A stretch of 26,906 bases of DNA from a virus (Duplodnaviria > Caudoviricetes): positions 1-26,906 of IMG/VR virus record IMGVR_UViG_3300009104_000835. One strand, 5' to 3'. The notes under the pieces were generated by a model that ran no database searches, was not told where the DNA came from, and saw only the letters and a list, made by a program, of their open reading frames with translations. The translations under genes and the position numbers were made by a program. Positions within the stretch are counted from its first letter, which is position 1; each line of letters begins with the position of its first letter. Below, in pieces: positions 26,101-26,906 of this stretch.

Positions 26101-26906
26101 ATGGCGTCGACCGGAGCGGGGTTCCACTTCGTGGTGACAGAGTTAGTTGGGACGATATTGCTAATACTGAGGTATATAGCAGAAGCTCATATTTAACCCA
26201 ACTTATTATCGAACATAGGTTCAATAAGCTTCAGGCGGTAAATGTGGACGGTTTGGACTTAATTGTTTGGCCGCCTATGCAAGGCTCATTGATGCCAGAT
26301 ATACAGTTCTTTATCCAAGCAGAAGATGTAACTCAGATACTTGATACACAAGGCTCATTAAAAAATCTGGCAGAACAGCTACAAACTACGATTAAAGATC
26401 GCAACGAAGTCGCTCGACTATTGGCTACCCGTGCCGAAATTGTAAATGACTATCAAACCAAAATTGTTGGTGATGCGAAATTAGATCCGAGCATGGGTAA
26501 ACCAATTTCTATGCTCGAAGAAGCAGCAGAGATTCTAAACGAGTGGGGTTACGGGTCAACACAAGTTGGGTCCACACGTGTAGATAAAGCGTTCGGTAAC
26601 ACTCCGCAGCAACAAGAAATTTGGCGACGTGGAATATCAGCTAATCCAATGGCAAGAGCACAACTTGACGCTGAAGCCGATGTGCAAAGACGTTTCGAAA
26701 AATTCCAAGGCGCTCACCAATACGACATATTGAACCAATACGAAGAAGCTAATTTTTCTAAAGCGTATGACGATTTCTTAATTCGCCACGTGATTCCACA
26801 GGATCTCGATAAAACAAATCTTGCTCAACAATTGTGGGCGAAAGTATTTTCGGAAACAGAAAGAGTGGGGGGATATGATCCTAATGAAATTGTTAAGTGG
26901 ATGCGT
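20166..26906 (+). CDS. Giant protein (at least 2247 aa, 3'-truncated), probable internal virion / DNA ejection protein
   Basis: ATG at 20166 (MSFGSRVWKIFRNIPD...). The same frame is open wherever I translated it and at the window end (...DPNEIVKWMR). The ORF track has no closed + ORF here, consistent with no stop codon. Confidence 0.85.
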   Translation, partial: MSFGSRVWKIFRNIPDIGIQAADFFVDGISALGDDEFGVVEGFIESWEDNVLGKPSGTGTAERSLIGATMGPEGIIGATVGAIPEDVRKELGADQWNLMLSGLDFTWTYGIARPVATLATIANLNQLSFEQSKYLQAIRSGEVDPRVASMNGWLPFNHRTFDPTTWREAWNLTQHRSPGQAMTLALNGVNIYNPEELKEFKETNMYYITSGVLDVGLAVAADPTYLGAKAARLKVLNRRARNLHDASGGSITSVGPYLEHGVVRPGLFGERPYMEPFIQTQRPAAQRESIILRTPSRRDIRIGGEKLHNWILEHEAPALTRLLGGSVTEMLTIPGGRKVGSPGRVRDELFFENYSYKPKWMDDQPSTMDETLTSYVGEAERIKTIFDDELESALNKGDIPLHVIGTGEASLDPRWGTTPASFIWELNPDSIGASPWRTLEDNTRNMIEDFQTEFDNFAEGLSSGKYWDARSFGDEQGLFDGPTLDRLPEKIDEIFEGYLPLEEAFQETVRRTADVTMTPTTGLFAVLRSLDQFIEDTLGAYTDSFNIDPTSSLGRVLPEQYHELADDLYSLRGRFIALLADNPLPARARETLKRAEDEGRGFASWTGVAEAPESGQLVRNTGFTMALENLIDAHRLTTRTNLTEELNRVIERSLNEIDGSENYAINNLWNALHPGRGSVGPRKLRELIQRLDEQFPGMGWDDFLDNDYLRDVLRRQAGGNEDARRPFDSSEFGDDWSVNEGRQEQWAIYVDQATTVIEDLLDRQRNTAPLRDADSPNPYADLEQRIEQVRQVIEDIIVEGAIERRLDAPENRVSLWGPAEFEAMQSGFNYLVAATDEMIDDYVRAAIPNNLLEAQEAYREVLGEQSSLMGMAGEMSPDDWNRYVDDMYGKNRWAGARGSYTTEKFLDRLTLRLFKELPTWGPFYKVLPKDQLWQRAQIYARLANGGPVDGSSWLPYYNLIRLEKGNPAVKAAMTAQAKDFSYIWSLLRDIEAPVIRNISGDEVRSLYDAEQPVEPRGIRDTGGDLLEIDPRRRPDDPDTIDFSYRRDFEETLKLSDEGIDKVVDRTREPGDEMQYGVPNSMKIRHNQERVTVHWHFREIRHARQNILALEEAIRKRKFDEKVRREDKNYGEDEVSILDEATEIMDTNVSFEMLSKANAERLRLTLKAKEAAHALYIKNYLFSPRALAQMAEVQGKRLIEDLMNEVWETMRIPEAQPDAPAWAWSQLGLDVSEEALRQAGDIIDMYEHVRFDHALGREMGFTDFEDLFPVVPPARGFVRESANDLIDFAGFDPNSPYMELIDRISEMDKFPWQAVLGLDDALVGMLVKTYERIPPLGFKEDIATNVMQTRTAPFDDPVPEMLSSTEAHSLVADQIIEAAMAPLNPALAKALPSAPSTKTGVLAKTLFSKSGPLAGPMNSRFVRLFSEKIPHGVINVHDRSTVASQLDVMFRELGRINLLVPPGMSRRERKATLKNAPPETPRRLASGEDFTLLDLAIMTYKGTPEAPWPVPRDRVEAAQRVDDLMIEFLDSYGDELAIKIDRLNEAALNGAINAVTPHPIFKDIDWGSAGVSAAMKGILRGDIDAAKRLLEDAAEHTERRYGNSDFTEVVIPELGGTTFIYKPMSPSQMRQTLVMPRWDKFQRLFQVLQGDIKTIIGPNGENLDVSVSARNAIVRATRREALTMWKRHTLLTPRWQMVVNTDSQLRNIAHLGAAMALGRLGGSFDELRVRWLRKAGVDINAVVADKLVEQLPDGYMGAGWVKQVEFYKRSHDEGVVGFERTIEEFVADAIGEEYANKRANIRTLAMTGSGWFFGGPVGAAAAAGLYTAYSRDSLAKLARRQLADTYGVALRAEALDLVERANRLDISEFMRAQYPDLPQYALDEVAEIKAEHWLVRDEAWNSWINEAGTTESWMYRRLLEDEGLINAGDIAARINWQLIQELGAKARGDTPFGRYFIDPMVTPASDKAMRNMRAFRARRDGVDRSGVPLRGDRVSWDDIANTEVYSRSSYLTQLIIEHRFNKLQAVNVDGLDLIVWPPMQGSLMPDIQFFIQAEDVTQILDTQGSLKNLAEQLQTTIKDRNEVARLLATRAEIVNDYQTKIVGDAKLDPSMGKPISMLEEAAEILNEWGYGSTQVGSTRVDKAFGNTPQQQEIWRRGISANPMARAQLDAEADVQRRFEKFQGAHQYDILNQYEEANFSKAYDDFLIRHVIPQDLDKTNLAQQLWAKVFSETERVGGYDPNEIVKWMR

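Larger units (their letters stand above)
1..26906. mobile_element. Tailed dsDNA bacteriophage genome segment (probably podovirus-like; probable actinobacterial host)
   Basis: Terminase, portal, tail-like genes and a phage recombination module are present. Genes are densely packed with ATGA/TAATG overlaps, and no host housekeeping genes are seen. Confidence 0.95.

Noticed and set aside
16074-26224. Antisense and alternate-frame ORFs within terL, portal and the giant gene (for example 16304..16963, 18586..19143, 19327..19962)
   Set aside because: Shadow ORFs of long, well-supported + strand genes, with no motifs or RBS.

Overview
The whole window looks like part of a tailed dsDNA bacteriophage genome. 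The host is probably actinobacterial, possibly Acidimicrobiia (an inference from the ferredoxin type and small-gene families). Layout: (1) 1-4903 (+), the end of a virion/tail operon plus an RNase H-fold exonuclease; (2) 4900-13352 (-), an early/recombination arm with a Holliday-junction resolvase, SSB, Rad52/Sak-like annealase, Cas4-like nuclease, DUF932 protein and many small ORFs; (3) 13353-14288, a roughly 0.93 kb non-coding divergence region that folds extensively on the + strand and may contain the genome end or packaging junction; (4) 14289-end (+), a C5 methyltransferase-like gene, a coupled Cys-rich peptide/ferredoxin/Cys-rich protein cassette, terminase large subunit, portal and a giant ORF of at least 2247 codons that runs off the window. 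The main candidates for new biology are an approximately 490-nt structured RNA (or ssDNA) with a perfect four-way junction and repeated exposed UUCUCCC motifs, intergenic hairpins with anti-Shine-Dalgarno loops, and the metallothionein-like/ferredoxin/RNR-tail-like cassette. All calls come from reading the sequence by eye; no searches or folding programs were run.
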